A stretch of DNA of 64,000 bases, from contig NW_027266275.1 in the NCBI RefSeq assembly GCF_022045235.1, positions 73,780,001 to 73,844,000 of the forward strand, in the 5' to 3' direction. A program made the translations under genes and the position numbers. The notes under the pieces were generated by a model, which was not told where the DNA came from, did not search any database, and saw only the letters and a list, made by a program, of their open reading frames with translations. Source of the DNA: Haliotis cracherodii (lineage: Eukaryota). Within the stretch, counting starts at the first letter, position 1. The number at the start of each line of letters is the position of its first letter. Below are positions 23,871 to 38,423 of the stretch, in pieces.

Positions 23871-26800
23871 TCACCTCGAGACGACGTCTGGAGCGTCAGT
23901 AGCAACATGTGGAGAGTGATGAGTGCAACGTCTTATCTTCACCTTTGACAGAAGTCCGTAGAGCACGCCACACCCAATCATACATCCTCCGGCGGCATAG
24001 AAGGTGTTGTCATAATTCCCCGACCCGTCATACAGCAACCCTGTGGAACACGCACACATATGAGTGTCAACACTCGGCCCTACATTGCCAGATACCCCGC
24101 ATCTTTTCAAGTTATAAGGCATATGCCTTAAATTGAAAGAGTCTGGTTTTACTCCGGGGTTGGGGAAACTACAAAGCCACACCATTTTCGTCCTGTGACA
24201 CCCATTTGTCCCTCAACATGATAACATTATAGGTTAATTACAGTTAAGTATTGATCTGCGTCCCTTATAGTCTAAGAAATGTCTATTACCATCAGCCAGG
24301 GTTGGTAGCCTAAATAATATAGAAGTGCATTTCCCTGATTGTGATAGTGTATCTGTCATAATTCTTGACTACATTCCTTACTAAAACATCTATAACATAT
24401 TTAGCAGTGTTAATTTCACCATTACGAAGAAGTTTATTTGCAATGAATTTTCAGTGGTTAATGGCTGTGTACCTCTTATGATGAGCATTGACTTAATATT
24501 ATTTCAAATTACAAAGAAATGACATTTCATAATTTTGAGTTGGCATTGGTCTCAGTAAATGGCTGGCTTCTTTAGTTATATTTCAATAGTTTCTGAAGTT
24601 CTTTTTTTCCCCCAGCGATTGATATTGGTATGGAGAACTTTGTTGTCCAGGGAGAGAACTCTGTCTAATTTTCCTTACGGGTTTCAAGTAGAGTCTAGAG
24701 TTATACTCGAGTAATAACATGGCCTTAGACACAAGGAAAGAATCCGGGCCTTCGGTTTATCGAGCGAATGCTTTAATCCCTAAGCTACCCCACCGCCCCA
24801 TATGAATTATAAAACTTACACTTGATCCTAGATATAAACGTTTCAACAACAAACATATGGAAGCCCTAGGTAGAATTTAGTGCGACTCAGTCGGTGCATT
24901 GTTGGACTGGTTTCACAACTACGGCTGCCGTAAATCCCACGCCGCAGCACTACTTTACATCAGCTGTAGTCTTAAAATAGCTTTGTGAACCGGGATCTGG
25001 TTTCCAAACGGTTAGTGAGTGAGTTGGGGTTAACGTCACTTAGAACAGATTTCGGCTATATCACGGCGTGTCATCTTGGAGTGTGAGGAAAGGCCAAAGC
25101 GATGCAAGTAGTATAACTTTGATAAACCTCACGAACACGTGTTTGTGTTGACACACCTAGAATCCCTGTCAGGGATATAACTTAGAAAAGTGAATTACGA
25201 CACCTTTTGTCAGCAGGGCGACATGGCGACGAGGGGTGACATGGAGGTGTTCGACGTTAACCAAAAAGAAAGCTGCTTTCTCGAGCTTTACGACAATAGT
25301 TTCAAACTGGCGACTTCCATGCCAGACTATACTTTGAAAATTTATTTTGACCAAATTCTCAATTCAAAATTCGAATCCTGAACAAAAGAACATTCTGGAA
25401 TGTCTCAATAGATGGCCGAGATTGTATCGCAGTACATTCCGCGAGCTTTGTCACGTCTTGTCCGTTGATGTTTATCTCATATTGAAGCGAGAGATTGAAG
25501 AAGATTTTGATGGGATCAGTCGTACAGCTCGTAAATGTCGTTCGGAATACACCGAGTTAACCTTTTCGAGGTTGCATGATTAGAAAACAAATTTTGACAG
25601 TAACTTTCCTGATCTGGTAAGCGACGCACTGATTGGTCGGATGACAGGTTGTTCTGACGTGATCCGGGTTATATATATTGTTTTATTCCTTTTTATTTCC
25701 AAAGGGAGGCATGGGAGAATGTACAAGGGTTGAAAGGTTTGGTTTGTATTAGTTTGTTTGTATGTAGTTTTACGCCACACTATTCCAGCTATATGACGGC
25801 GGTCTGTAAATAATCGAGTCTGGACCAGACAATCCAGTGGTTGACATCATGAGCATCGATCCAGCAATTGGGATACGATGACATGCACCAACCAAGTCAG
25901 CGAACCTGACCACCCGATCCCGTTAGTCGCCTCTTACGACTAGCATAGTCGCCTTTTACGGCAAGCATGGGTTGCTGACGACCTATTCTACCCCGGACCT
26001 TCACGAGTCGGGAGTTGAAAGGAGATTATTAATAAAGGAAATAGTTATGATGGGGGCAGACAATGTTCACATTCATTGATTTATCACACAACCGTATCGT
26101 TTACGTCCTTGCACAAGTAGTAGTGTCCTTGGATAACAGTCATGGTACACACATCAGTGTTACTGTTGTTTAGCGGGACAAGTGGGATACATAAAAGGAG
26201 ACAGCAAACTATATCAACATCTGTCTGGTTTAGGAGAGAAGCACCGAGTTCGCTAGGACCGATGCTCATGACCAGCCAGAGGTTGTTTCGTTCAGCTGTT
26301 TTCTTATCACACTTGCACACACTATGAATAAGAAGGTTAGAAAACTTCTCAGATCTTTATTTGGCGGTAAGGATAACTAAGATCTGATTTTAATGAGATG
26401 GACTCACTGAAAACGTATTAAAAAGTAAAAGACTATGAATATATCATTTGCTGATGTTTTCATCATAATTTCGTCTACCCAACACAAGATGCCAAGTGAT
26501 AAGTAAACCCCTCTTTATTCAAATAACTGTTTCCGCACCCAACATCCCAGAAAGGATTTCAGTGACACAAACATGAACTGATCCAACCCAGTACCTTGAG
26601 GTACTCATGATCACCAGACACCTACCTGCAATGGGTGGGCCTAGCAATTCCCCGAAGCCCTTCAGAGTTATGATGTAGCCATACGCCGAGCTGAGCCGCC
26701 CGGAGCCTAGGATATCCACCAGCATCACTAGATTCATGGAGTCTGCAGGCGCTGAGGACAACCCAAACACAGCTGCCAAAATTGCAAGTGGTGTGAACGT

Positions 26801-28306
26801 AGAGAATAGGGGCATAAGTGTCAGGGCTGTGCCAGAGAGAGCTGCAGTGACACAATACATGGCGGTCTTGTTAATGTTGCGGATATCCATTAGAGATCCA
26901 AAGAGGAGGCAGCCAACTAACTGCGAAGCGCCTATGATGGATAGGAGAAAGGAAGCGTTCTTCTTGTCCACGCCTTGTTCTATGGCCTTGTCAGAAAGGT
27001 ACACGTAGGGAATGCCGACCCAGAGGTTGAAGACAAAGACAGCAAACGTGTAGAGCAGATACTTAGGGTTTGTGAAAACATGAAGGCTCAAGTTTGAACA
27101 ACAGGCTTTCAAGACTGCCTTCAAATAGCTTCCATTCTTTATATCGAAGTGTTTCTCTTTGTCCGTGGTGACATCATTTTCATTGCAGTAGCTTTGAAGA
27201 ATAGAGGGTGAAATATGTTCCGTAGGATATGTGGTTTCGCCGACAAAATGTTCAAATTTTTCATGCGTAGGTATGGTAGAAATACTATCTTGATTTTTCA
27301 CTCGGGTTCTCTCCGTTCTCGGTGGTGAAGCTGGCTGAAATAGGGCACCACATACACAGACATTCAGCATGATAGCAGACAGAATCATCAACGTCCCTCT
27401 CCACCCATAGGTCACCAACAAGTTCTCAAACACTATGGGCATAAACACCGTCCCCATCCCTGCGCCACACTCCGCGATGCCAGACACCAGACCCAGCTTA
27501 CTGCTGAAATGATGATCGAGAATCACGGAACATGCTAGGTAAGGAAAAGAAGCTCCTATCCCGGCCAGACAGCCAAACGTCAGGTACATCAGACCCAGCG
27601 ACTGTACAAATACGCTAGCCAGTATTCCAAGTGCTGTGACGACTCCTCCAACCATGGCCGTAATCCGACATCCAAGTTTGATAGCGATGAGACTTGCCAC
27701 AGCTCCGCCGATAAGAGGAAGAGAGACAAACAGCGAACCAACTAATGCCACACTGCTTTTTGAAGCCCCGAAATATTTCCAAATGTCGGTGAAGAGTACA
27801 CCGAAGGCGTTGAAAGACCCCTCGAGTATGAAATGGGTGAAGAAAGATCCAATTACAATTAGATACTTCCAGTGAGGCCTGCATGTCTTAGTGAGTTTGG
27901 GGGTAGATCCATTACCATCACAGTCCCACGTTGCTGGTCGTGTTGTCTCCTCTACTGACAGTGTAGCTGGGGAAGAACGACCATTGGGTATGTCATCTGA
28001 AGGCGACTCCACCATGGTGATGTCTGTTGTTCCTAATGTAGACTCGGCTGTACACTCCTCTTCCTGGTCAGACAACTCAGTACTTTCTCGGAGATGTGAC
28101 TTCCCCAATGCAGTGGTCTTGATGTTCAATGTGAGCAATGTGTTGGTTCCATCTTGTTTTTCTTCAGCTGTTAACGAATCATCATTGAAAGGAGCTGGTG
28201 CCTTTTCTATGCCCTGGTCCCCCTTGTCCAGTTCACAGAGAGCCAGTGCTGCAGTGGGGACCTCGTTGTCCTGTCCCACTCGAGGCTGACCAGTGCCGTC
28301 CTCCAT
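23871..28306 (-). CDS. second SLC16 monocarboxylate transporter paralogue, ~616 aa; coding exons 28306-26626 and 24040-23871
   Basis: MFS/MCT TM pattern (FGVLFTDI, YGWRGTLMIL, LLGPPIAG); GTAGGT donor at 26625 and CAG acceptor at 24041 give in-frame PPIAG-LLYD; same intron position as the first MCT. Confidence 0.88.
25745..26010 (-). mobile_element. family B SINE-like repeat in the MCT intron
   Basis: reverse complement of the family B core. Confidence 0.8.
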
Positions 28307-29096
28307 GTGTCGGCACGACGGTGAGGAGAGAAGGACTATGGGCTACCATGTAGGTCAATTCCTATACACTGTGACATCCTCGCTGAGCTGGAGGACGTGA
28401 CTGGCATGATGGACTCTGTGCATTGCATTTGTAATGAAAGTTGATACGAGTTTATCAGTCATTCAATTTTTAGGGGCCGACCATTTGATATTCAGGTCGG
28501 GGGTGGGTGGGGGATATCAACAAAAAGGAATTGTCATTGAACATACTTGAAAAAAATCATGCTTCAGACACCTTCAGACACAGGATGTGATTGGTTTAAA
28601 AACATCAGCTCAAGTTGAATAAATGAATAGTCGGCCCGTATAGTACATTATAGTCCATGAAACACACATGCGAATCTGAAATGTTGCATTGTAGAAACCG
28701 ATATTTAACAAGGTCTTCTGAAACACAAAGGTGTATGATGCCATCTCTTTTGGTTTTCATGTTATGTTGTTATATACATGTTGTGGTGTATTTGTTTATT
28801 TAGTTGGCACTGTAAGATCCCATGATTCACAATGAGATGGTCTAGCTTTGGTTGATAGTGGTCTATAGCCTGGTTTTAATTTATGAGAACTAATCTACTG
28901 AAATAGGTTTGTTTTATATCTAAACTGTGATATTACCTTACTGTTTTACTGTCCTCCATCGACAGGTCTTAAATTATAGTAACTACCCTGTTCTCATCGC
29001 GATATGGTTGCAATATTGCCAATGCGATGTAAAATTTTAACTCACTCACTCACTCATTGTTTATTTAGTTCCATCTTCCCGAGGTAAGGGCGTTAA

Positions 29097-29437
29097 CTGA
29101 CTGTAAAAGACCAGTTTCCACCCTTGCCGAACTAGAATGGAATTTCGTGGCTCGATTGTGGCGCCACCAGTGGCTATTAAGAGTAATGCCCCTTCCATAT
29201 CCCTCCTATTGACCAATCAGATTCCGCCTTTCGTATCAACTGCATTTGCTTCAGACAAAATGGCTGCGCCCAGTCAAGACGATCTGATCAATAATCAAGA
29301 TCTAAAAAACTGGTCTTACCTGGCGAGGTGCATCATATCACTTGGGCACATTGATTTGGCCAATATGTCAAGCCACAATATAACTCCGGAATCCCAGCCT
29401 ACTTCGGCAAGGGTGAAAACTGGACTTCTATAGTCAG
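29097..29437. mobile_element. TTAA-flanked MITE
   Basis: ~35-bp imperfect TIRs CTGACTGTAAAAGACCAGTTTCCACCCTTGCCGAA / TTCGGCAAGGGTGAAAACTGGACTTCTATAGTCAG; TTAA on both sides. Confidence 0.75.
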
Positions 29438-29705
29438 TTAACACCTTTGCCTTGGGACGATGATTTCGTTCGGTTGGACCTTTGACTTTTATGTACCACT
29501 TGTCTCTTATTGCAGTCATGTTCACACTATATTTTTAAAAAGTGAGCTTAATGTCTGAGAAAGGCCCAAATTGTTGCAGCTCTTTCTTGGTGAAAACTAA
29601 ACTAACATTTAATCCATGAAACAAAGTTGTGAATTGGTTTAAGTAAATTTATTCTACAGAGGAACACATCAATATTGTAGGAACCCTAAAATCTCTTCAT
29701 TTCAG

Positions 29706-29984
29706 AGTGAGTGAGTGAGTTGGGTTTAACGCCGCTTTTAACAGTATTCCAGTAATATCGCGGCGTCTCAGCTTAATGTGGGAAGAAAGCCCGAAGTGAT
29801 GCAGGTCTCAGACGTTTACCACTTCGGTGAAACCCACGAGCACGGGTATGGTGCTGACAAACCTAGAAACATAATCGGGGTGAACCGGGATTCGAACCAA
29901 TCATAGGTTTCTGGCGTGCCCAAGGGACGCAACTCTGCACAGCGAATCGCGGAGCCTTAGACGACTGGGCCACCCGTGCCCCCC
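29706..29984 (-). mobile_element. family C SINE
   Basis: close match to the 15620 copy; flanking ATTTCAGAG repeat. Confidence 0.85.
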
Positions 29985-30859
29985 TTAATTTCAGAGCTGA
30001 AAAGGGGATGAGTATAGGAGTGTAGTTCAGAGAAGAGAATGAGAGTGGAATGGATGTAAATATATAGACCTCCCTGGTTAGAAAGCCACCCTGGTAATAA
30101 TGTCATGTTTTTCTCAGAACGGATTTCTGCAGTGCAAAATTCCCCGGTAATTCCCTGGTCATAATGTCATTTTTTGTTTAATTTTGACAACAAATAAGCA
30201 ATGCAGTAAATCAATTAGAGATAATTCCCTCTTCTAAATAAAAAAACTAATTGCATAGGTCTAACTGATTTCACAACTGATCCTCACTCAGAGAGTCTAA
30301 TTCCTGAGCAGTTGTCACACGTTAACATTCATTTCCTGCAACCTACAACAAGACACCTACAACCCTTGATGCTATTGTCACCCATGCATTCAGGTTCCAG
30401 TACTGTCAACTCTACTTAATCATCTGATAGGCTGTATTGACAATCCACTGCCCCCAATGAAGATGATAGAAGACCACCACCATCAACGTCTACGTGCAAC
30501 CACTACAACATGGGGTGTTGAGAAGCACTGAGTCACAAGCCAATCCAAAATCTGGGGCTTTGGAGCAGTGCTCATACTTGATTGAAACACTGGCACAATT
30601 ATCGGCTGGTTACAGGTAGACTTGTGTCTTAGACGCGTTTTCAAATTAAAATTGTCCACATTTCACCCAAGGATTGGCAATGTGTATGATGAAGTCTTGT
30701 TTGAAAAAATATCTTGGATTGAATGGGTGTGTCTTGGTTCCTATTTAATCATGGTAGTTAGGTCTGGTTTTCACCGCCCTGGTTATAAAGCCACCGTGGT
30801 TATAATGCCATCCTGGTTATAATGCCATATTTTAGCAAGAAACTCCGCTTTTGGGTTCT

Positions 30860-31880
30860 GTTTGGGGTGACTAGGTCTCTGGGCATATTCCATACAAATC
30901 CGTACAAAGAGAGATGTATCGCTGGGTCCAGCAAGTGTACCACCAAAATCTCTGTCTCAAAGATTACCCACAATCCTTAATAATATCAAGGAAGGACTTT
31001 CTTTTTATTCACAGACAGTATTTGAGACAAGTGGAATTAATACCATGTGGATTTTCAAAAAGGACATGCTTGGCCTTTTGTAATCCCATAAAGCACCGAG
31101 TTCAATTCTGTCAAACATTTCACTTTTCAACTTTGCACACCTCTATCAAACATAAGAAACCCCACACATCTTCAGAGGTTCAGGACAGTTTATCAAAAAT
31201 GAAAGCAAATGCCGTGTGAAGTTTCCTGAGAAGACAATATGTGAAACGCTGGACTTTCTCACTGATATCATCTATGTAAACTGTGTGGGGAAGACAAGAA
31301 GTAAGAATACACCAATTGTGCCCCTTCTTGCCGATCTGTGTCTTTATGAATGAATATGATTCGGAATTTCTGCTCAGACTGGCAAAGTCAAAACAAGGTT
31401 TCATATTTAGATTCAGAGTGACAAAACGCTCTCCACATGACCATGACAAGAGGGGTAATTTGACTTTACACAGTAGACAACTTTCCCTTTACGTAGAGCA
31501 ATACTCCAGCTTTTGGTGTCCAATTTTCACAACTTCTGAGGTACAATTGATCTTTCTAGGAAGATTTCAGAGAGCGCCATACGATTCTTGATCAAAAGTT
31601 GTTTGACCACGGTTATAACAATTAAAGACTTTTTTTTATAGTTTTTAAAAAGTTTAATGCTAGACATGTGGAGGACATGTCCAAATTTGACGCATCAAAT
31701 ATGATGTCCGATGCAATTCCCTATCTTGACTTGTAACATATATTCCCGTATTGTTTCTTTCAGATGAACACTTGACTTGCTTTTGCATGTGTTTGTGACG
31801 GGTGCCGCCGGTGTGTCAGGATGCGCTCCCCTTTTCACGAACACCCGGTATCATCACCTTTTGGTAGTGGTTCATAAACA
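30860..31880 (+). mobile_element. degenerate Penelope-like reverse transcriptase relic
   Basis: frameshifted remnants such as CPFLPICVFMNEYDSEFLLRLAKSK resemble the PLE RT 'CAPLLADLFLYSYE' region. Confidence 0.45.
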
Positions 31881-32199
31881 CATGCTCATGATAAAGTTGG
31901 AATCAGCAGAAATGTAGTGTAGTGTTTCATTGCACGATAAACAACGACCACGAGTCGAATATTTCTTTTATCATATATCAACTCCATGCACAGCCCCTTT
32001 AAGGATGATGATAAAATGTACAAACTAAATAATTACCCGTATTTTACATATGCCGCCTCCCTCAATAAATTATAATCATGAAGTTCATAATGGGCAATTC
32101 CCGCACATTCTCACAATCCTCACGTCGATTTCCTGCACCTTTTCTCCTAATACCGATTGTCAGATCTCTCCCGCTTTTGGATGCGATCTTTAGGCCATC

Positions 32200-32560
32200 G
32201 CGTTTTTCGGCGTTGCCCAGCTACATCTATGGGGAGCAACTCACAAGACTCTCTCGTCTCAAAAATAATATAGTCCAATATATGACATCATCAAGTCAAG
32301 CGTATGTTCGAATCTCCTGAAAAGGCGCCATGATAGAACATTGTTCTATCGTGAAATAAACCACAATTCGTTCTTCATTGTTCTTTGTGATTTATCGCTT
32401 AGCTATCTTATATTTCAAGATAAAAACATTTTTCGTCATTACGTCATTTCTGGAGATTCGAACATACGCTTGACTTGATGACGTCGTAAATTGCACGATG
32501 CTATTTTTGGGAGGGTAGTGAGTTGTCCCCTTTAGATGTAGCTTGGCTATGCTGTCCGGA
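32200..32560. repeat. long inverted repeat, MITE-like
   Basis: ATCAAGTCAAGCGTATGTTCGAATCTCC at ~32290 is inverted at ~32452-32480, and the flanking arms are also complementary. Confidence 0.7.
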
Positions 32561-32934
32561 TACATGTTAATTGTAATCCACATGTTCATAAAATAGACTT
32601 GTCCGACACGACCGAGATCGGATTGTATTTTGTTGTTGTTGTTGCTTTAAGTGTTAAAGAGGTCGCCTTCTGCCACAGCAATTTCGGCTGACCTGTCGCT
32701 CTTTGGGACTCCTGTGTGTGAGTAGGGTACACATATCTGTTGCGAGTTTGGTATTCACAGAATGTCTGTTGTTGCATTGATATGATTTATATTTTCGTAT
32801 ATTGATATAATTTCATTTTTATCTTTGGCTGCTCTGTTTATATACGTTTGAGTAACTGTCCATCTCTCAGAAATAGAGTTAGTTTGGCCTTCGCTATTGC
32901 ATCTCTGTTGATCGGGGACATAGACGCGAGGACA

Positions 32935-33500
32935 ATGAGTGAGTGAGTGAGTTAAAGTTTAACGTCACATCGGCAATATTTCAGCCATATCTTGACGAAA
33001 CAAAATTTGACATAAACGATATATATTAAGCTGTATAACATTCTGCCGACAAAGGGCAGTATAAAAACTAGCATATCACAGATTTCGTAAAACTAGTTTG
33101 ATAACTATCTTAACCATTCGACAACACATTATAAAAACGGGCTATAGATCGCAACCAACTAAATGTTGACCACCGCGCTGGGGACCATGGGGACTTACAG
33201 TACTTTTGCTACCTGCATGGACCTCAGTCGTGGTCTTACATACACTCTCAGGGGAACAATAACTTTTCACTACTTTCAACCCCTTCGAGGATATTTCCAC
33301 TAACAATCTCAGTTACTGATTTATTCAACCAATTGTAAAAATGAATATATCTATTTACAAAACATTGCAATCAAAATTTATGAATCAATTTAATTTCCTT
33401 TAAAAAAAACAGAAATTAAACGAGAACTTATCTGTTTAAAAAGATCCTTGATGCCTGAAACTTTGAAATATTGATCCCTTGTGATGGAAAAATCACTGCA
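32935..33500 (-). mobile_element. 3' end of the I/Nimb-type LINE (second copy)
   Basis: reverse-complement similarity to 35600-36270, including the GCTGAAATATTGCCGATGTGACG...(ACTC)n tail. Confidence 0.55.
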
Positions 33501-34789
33501 GTCAAGGCGAGCACAATGAACTATCTCCGATGAACTATGCTGATAGAGTTGCACATCTTCTTGGAGAGTATTAATTAATCTTAGCTTGTCTTTCGTGCAT
33601 CCCTGTTCACAGTAAAATGGGTTGACAATATTATGCTTGTGGTTTTTTTTTTAAAGTGCTAAAATAGATAAATGAATGAATGAAGAAAAATTGTATTTCT
33701 GTTTCAATTTCGTGCATCCAAGTAAAATGGGTTGGTCGACAGTCATGCCTACTTTGTGTAACTAGCAAAGTCACTCATCCCTGACCATACCTGGGTTGTC
33801 TAATAGCTACTGTTTACTTGTTTATTAATTAGACGAAGCAGGTTGATACCATTTAAATAAGGTAAAAAAATTAAAGCTTGTAAAACAATTAGCATCATTA
33901 AATAGTCTGTTAATACTGTTAATATACCATATAAAAAAACGACCCGTGGTCGTGTTTATCGTACAATAAAACACTGCAGGAGAATTCAATAAATCACTCG
34001 GGCCGTATTTCGTCGCTCTATAAACAACTTCCCATTGTCATGAATTAATGATAATCAGGGCGAATTTACTATCATAGGATTCTGACACGAACGCCCTTGT
34101 CATCGTAGACTTTACTCTAGCATTATAGTGAGTGAGTGAGTGAGTTGGGTTTAACACCGCTTTTAACAGTATTACAGTTATATCACGGCGTTCTATCATT
34201 ACACGCTGACGCGCCCCGATATGTCTGCAATGTGTCCCAAGTGGAGTTATACTCTACTCACTCACTCAACAGTCCCTAGTTAAGATATGGAGACACATTC
34301 TATCAGCGCAGCAAACGACGAGCAAGTTGAGCCATGGTCAAGTTGTAAATAGTTCAGCATCCCTGCTACCCACCCACCACGGGGTGTCACAAGGACAATG
34401 TTGTAAGCCAGTAGGTTTCCGACTGGCAGCACCAAGGATACTTGGATCGTATACTCAATTAATGAAATATCAATTTATCCACCGCCTTCTGGGCATAAGG
34501 CATTTTAAATAGTACACAAGATCTGCAATGTAAAGACAATTCAAAAATATTTTTTGTGCAAATACAATTATTAATGCATAGGGCTCGGCATGACCAACTG
34601 ATTGCTAAGACCGGGCCCATCCTACCACCCGTCTAGGCGAGGTAAGGGTCAAAGTGGTGTGTTGGACTGAGGAACACTATTGTCGGTTCCGGCGTCCTCA
34701 ACCACCAGACTCTCTTCCACTGCCGACACAGGGGCGCAACCCGCGGCATTCGGATTAGACCCAACATTACAACTGCCAATATAGTTTTA

Positions 34790-36270
34790 GATAATGTTTC
34801 TCCTTTCGGGCTTTTGTTGTCTCTTCCTTGGCAACTTATCAGACCGGAAGTAGACTTTACTCTTACACAGTTTAAAAAATCAGACCCAAATCAATTAATA
34901 TACCAACAAGAATATATAGAAGTTAGAATATGAATCCCAGCGTTACATTTATACAGATGAATGCAAGGACGGTAGCACGGTCTCCAGTGTTGCTGTCATT
35001 GGATCAAAAACCATAGCATGCCGATTACCTGACCATAGCTCAATCTTCACAGATGAAGCCAAAGCCATTTTAACGGTTTTCGAATATATTCAAAAACAAT
35101 CTAGCAGTAAACGGTTCATCATCTTTTCAGATTCACTTTCTTGTCTACGGGCAATAAAATCGAGTTCTTCAAGTCATCCATTCATATTAGATATTTTAGA
35201 ATTGTTCAATGACCTTGCAACTCCTCAATACGACATCGTCTTTTGCTGGTTGCCCAGTCATGTTGGAATCACGGGTAACACTATGGCTTATGCTGCAGCA
35301 AAAGCAGCTCTCAACAAATCTGTGACACCACTTCTTATACCATACAGTGACTACAAACCTTAAATTAGATGCTATATCAAAGACCTTATCAAAGGAAGAG
35401 GGACTCCCAAGTAGGTACTAATAAATTACATGCAATAAAACCTATCGGTTACACTTACTTGGGTTGTCAGTCCAGATTTGAAGAGGTCATTATGCGACGA
35501 TGTCGTATTGGCCATTCGCGTTATACGCATGAATATTTATTAAAAGGTGAAGATCACCATTCTGTGTCCCTTGTGATGACAGAATCAGTCTCAAGCATGT
35601 CCTGCTTGACTGTTGAATTTTCCATCACAAGGGATACTTATGTCCTGGTTTCATCCATCAAGGATCTTTTTTTTAATCAAGTACACATTTAATTCTTGGT
35701 TTTTAAAAAGAAATAGAGTTAATAGATACATTTTGATAATATGTATTGTGAAAAGTATGTGATTTTAATTTGGTAAAATGATTATATAACTGTGTTTGTT
35801 AGTGGCTGTACCTTCAAAGGGGGTTGAAGTAACGTAAAATAATTGTCCCCCTGAGAGGGTACGTAAGCCCTACTTCATTCAGAGTATATTTCATTTTCCT
35901 GGATTTTAATCGTAGAATTCTTGTTTTTTAACGCTTTGGCTTACACTTAGTGTCAATCACCAGTAGCCTGCGGGATGGTGTAAATTCTGTCGGGGTACCA
36001 TGCAGGAAGCAGATGTACCATAAGTCCCCGTGGTCCCTTGTATTGCAGGTGATCTCTAGCCCAGGTTTATAATGTATTGTTTGGAATAGTCAGTTTTTTT
36101 AAAATGGTAACATGCAAGTTTGAAATCTATAACTGTGATAGTCTAGTTATTTCACTGTCCTTTGTCGACAGATTATATAGTCTATATTTATATATTATTC
36201 CTGTACAACTTGATTTATTCATGCTATGGCTGAAATACTGCCGATGTGACTATAAATCTTAACTCACTTG
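34790..36270 (+). mobile_element. 5'-truncated I/Nimb-clade LINE relic (RNase H domain and 3' UTR)
   Basis: translation YTDECKDG...SIFTDEAKAI...FIIFSDSLSCLRAI...FCWLPSHVGITGN matches LINE RNase H motifs; RCRIGHSRYTHEYLL downstream; stops and frameshifts. Confidence 0.8.
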
Positions 36271-37827
36271 TACAATATTCCCTCAAAATTACAAGACGCT
36301 GGTAGAATAGGTGTTATCGTTCTTGTTTGAAGCGACATCTGGTGTTCATGTTCATGGTGACATCTAGTGTGGCGTTAAACAACAAACAAGAAAAACGCTC
36401 TCCATTGTAGTCATTGTGTGAGGAAAGCCTGAAATGATGCAGGTCGGACACGTAGAGCACTGGTGAAACCAGTCAGAAGGAGCGTGGTGCTTACAAGTTG
36501 TGATCTGGGACTCAAACCCAGGATCAGGGATCCGGGCACCACAAAGGGAAGTGACAGCAAATTGCGGCGGCACCAGGTAACAACTTGACAACATAGCTAA
36601 TTTTAAAACTTTATTAAAAACAAATGTACAAATGTCATGATGGAAATCACCAAGTAATCACGCATTTAAACAGCCGCGTGTTTTACAAGATGTTACAACG
36701 AGACAATGAAAGGAGCATAAAACATGTATATATTTGTGGATTTGGACTGCTTTAAGCAGAATATCAGATAATCAGACATTGTGAAACACTTCCTCCTCTT
36801 CTCAAGATACGTTTATACTTATTGAATGTTTGACTATCTATCTCTCTATATATGGAACATGTATCGTCATTAATATCACTGGAATTTGCAATGACAAGGG
36901 TAAAATGTGACCCATATGAACGTTTTGAGTCGTTTGTACAAGGAACTTATATAGTTTGAATAATCTCTATGCTTGTTAAGAAGGTATCAAATGAATACAT
37001 CCAGAGCAGCATGGCTCAACCACATCTGTATATATCCATTCTCATGACAGGCCGAAAGAGTTTCAAAATTAATATGACAAATGCAGAATTTGAAGCATGG
37101 CTGAAACCTTAACTATAAACATTAAACCTATGAGTTCCGACTGTCAAAATTAACGTTTGATCAGTGCTTATTTGTATTCAGATGTATATATCCAGGGCAG
37201 CATGGCTCCACCACACCTGTATATATCCATCCTCATAACAGACCAAATGCATTTCATGACGTTTTTGGAGTAAGTGGTGACAGAACACGGACGTAAGAAT
37301 TACAACTGACTTTGGAAGACAAAACTAATCAAGGGGAAGGGGTTTGAATTGGAGAAGGACTTAGTTAACTGTATCAACTGATATCTATGTAGTCAGCATC
37401 CTTTTGTAACTATGACCATACAGACTGTAGTGTTGTAGTCTTCAGTGTGACAAACACAGATATGGGAGCAGCATGGCTATTGGGACACTCCAATCCATGA
37501 GAGTTCATTTACGTTGTGGAGGAAGGAAGCTGGGTCCACACTAGTCCTGTTGGAGAGAGAGAGATACATTCGTTTTATATGAATGCAGATGGACGATGGT
37601 TAAACATGCATATATATATTCATATGTCTATTATATACACCGAAACATTTGTTTTACTATTGGAGCAGGACTGAACAACCTTCTTGCAGGTCGGAGTGAC
37701 AGATCATCTGTTCTGAGGGATTAATTTGTCCCGAGCCTTGACAAGGACGTTCAACATTATTTCACTAGGTACATAATGCGTCATTATAAATATATAACCA
37801 CAGTTTTATCACTAGTAGAGGCATCAT

Positions 37828-37936
37828 GGCCCACTTGCATATAGCGATGTTAGCGCTTCGACTATCGTAAGCCTATGTTAAAGTGTGGGAGTTACGATCA
37901 TCTTAGCGCTAAGATCGTTTTGTGCAAGTGGGCCCA
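37828..37936. mobile_element. ~110-bp palindromic MITE
   Basis: GGCCCACTTGCA...TGCAAGTGGGCC; related copies near 17134-17240 and 21413-21530. Confidence 0.65.
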
Positions 37937-38423
37937 TGTCAGTTCCAATAACAGATTGACTACGTCACACACACAAAACAAGTAATGGCGTCATTATTCA
38001 TCATATGCAAGCCATTACTTGATATGAGGTGACGTTGCTTTGGTACGCTTCGCAAACAATGAAAACAATGGAATGACGTAGACAATTAGCATGAAGAAGA
38101 AATTGTATTGCTAAGGGAGAATTACTTGAAATAAGTGCACCAGTACCCTTGCCCCTATGGATAATATGCTATACTACTATTTGGTATCACGATGTGGCTA
38201 ATGATATATGACAGGGCTGTAGTATTAGTGCCACAGTGTAAAATGTAGCATCTACGTAGAAGAAGGTATTGTCTACCATCAAATTATCGCACTATTTTAG
38301 ACACGTAATAATGAGAGGAGAGACTCACACTTTTTGCGGAGTTATATATCAACCATAACATGATTGAAGCCGAAGAAATCAATCGAATATGTTGATAGTC
38401 ATGATTTCTTCATTAAAGAAAGG

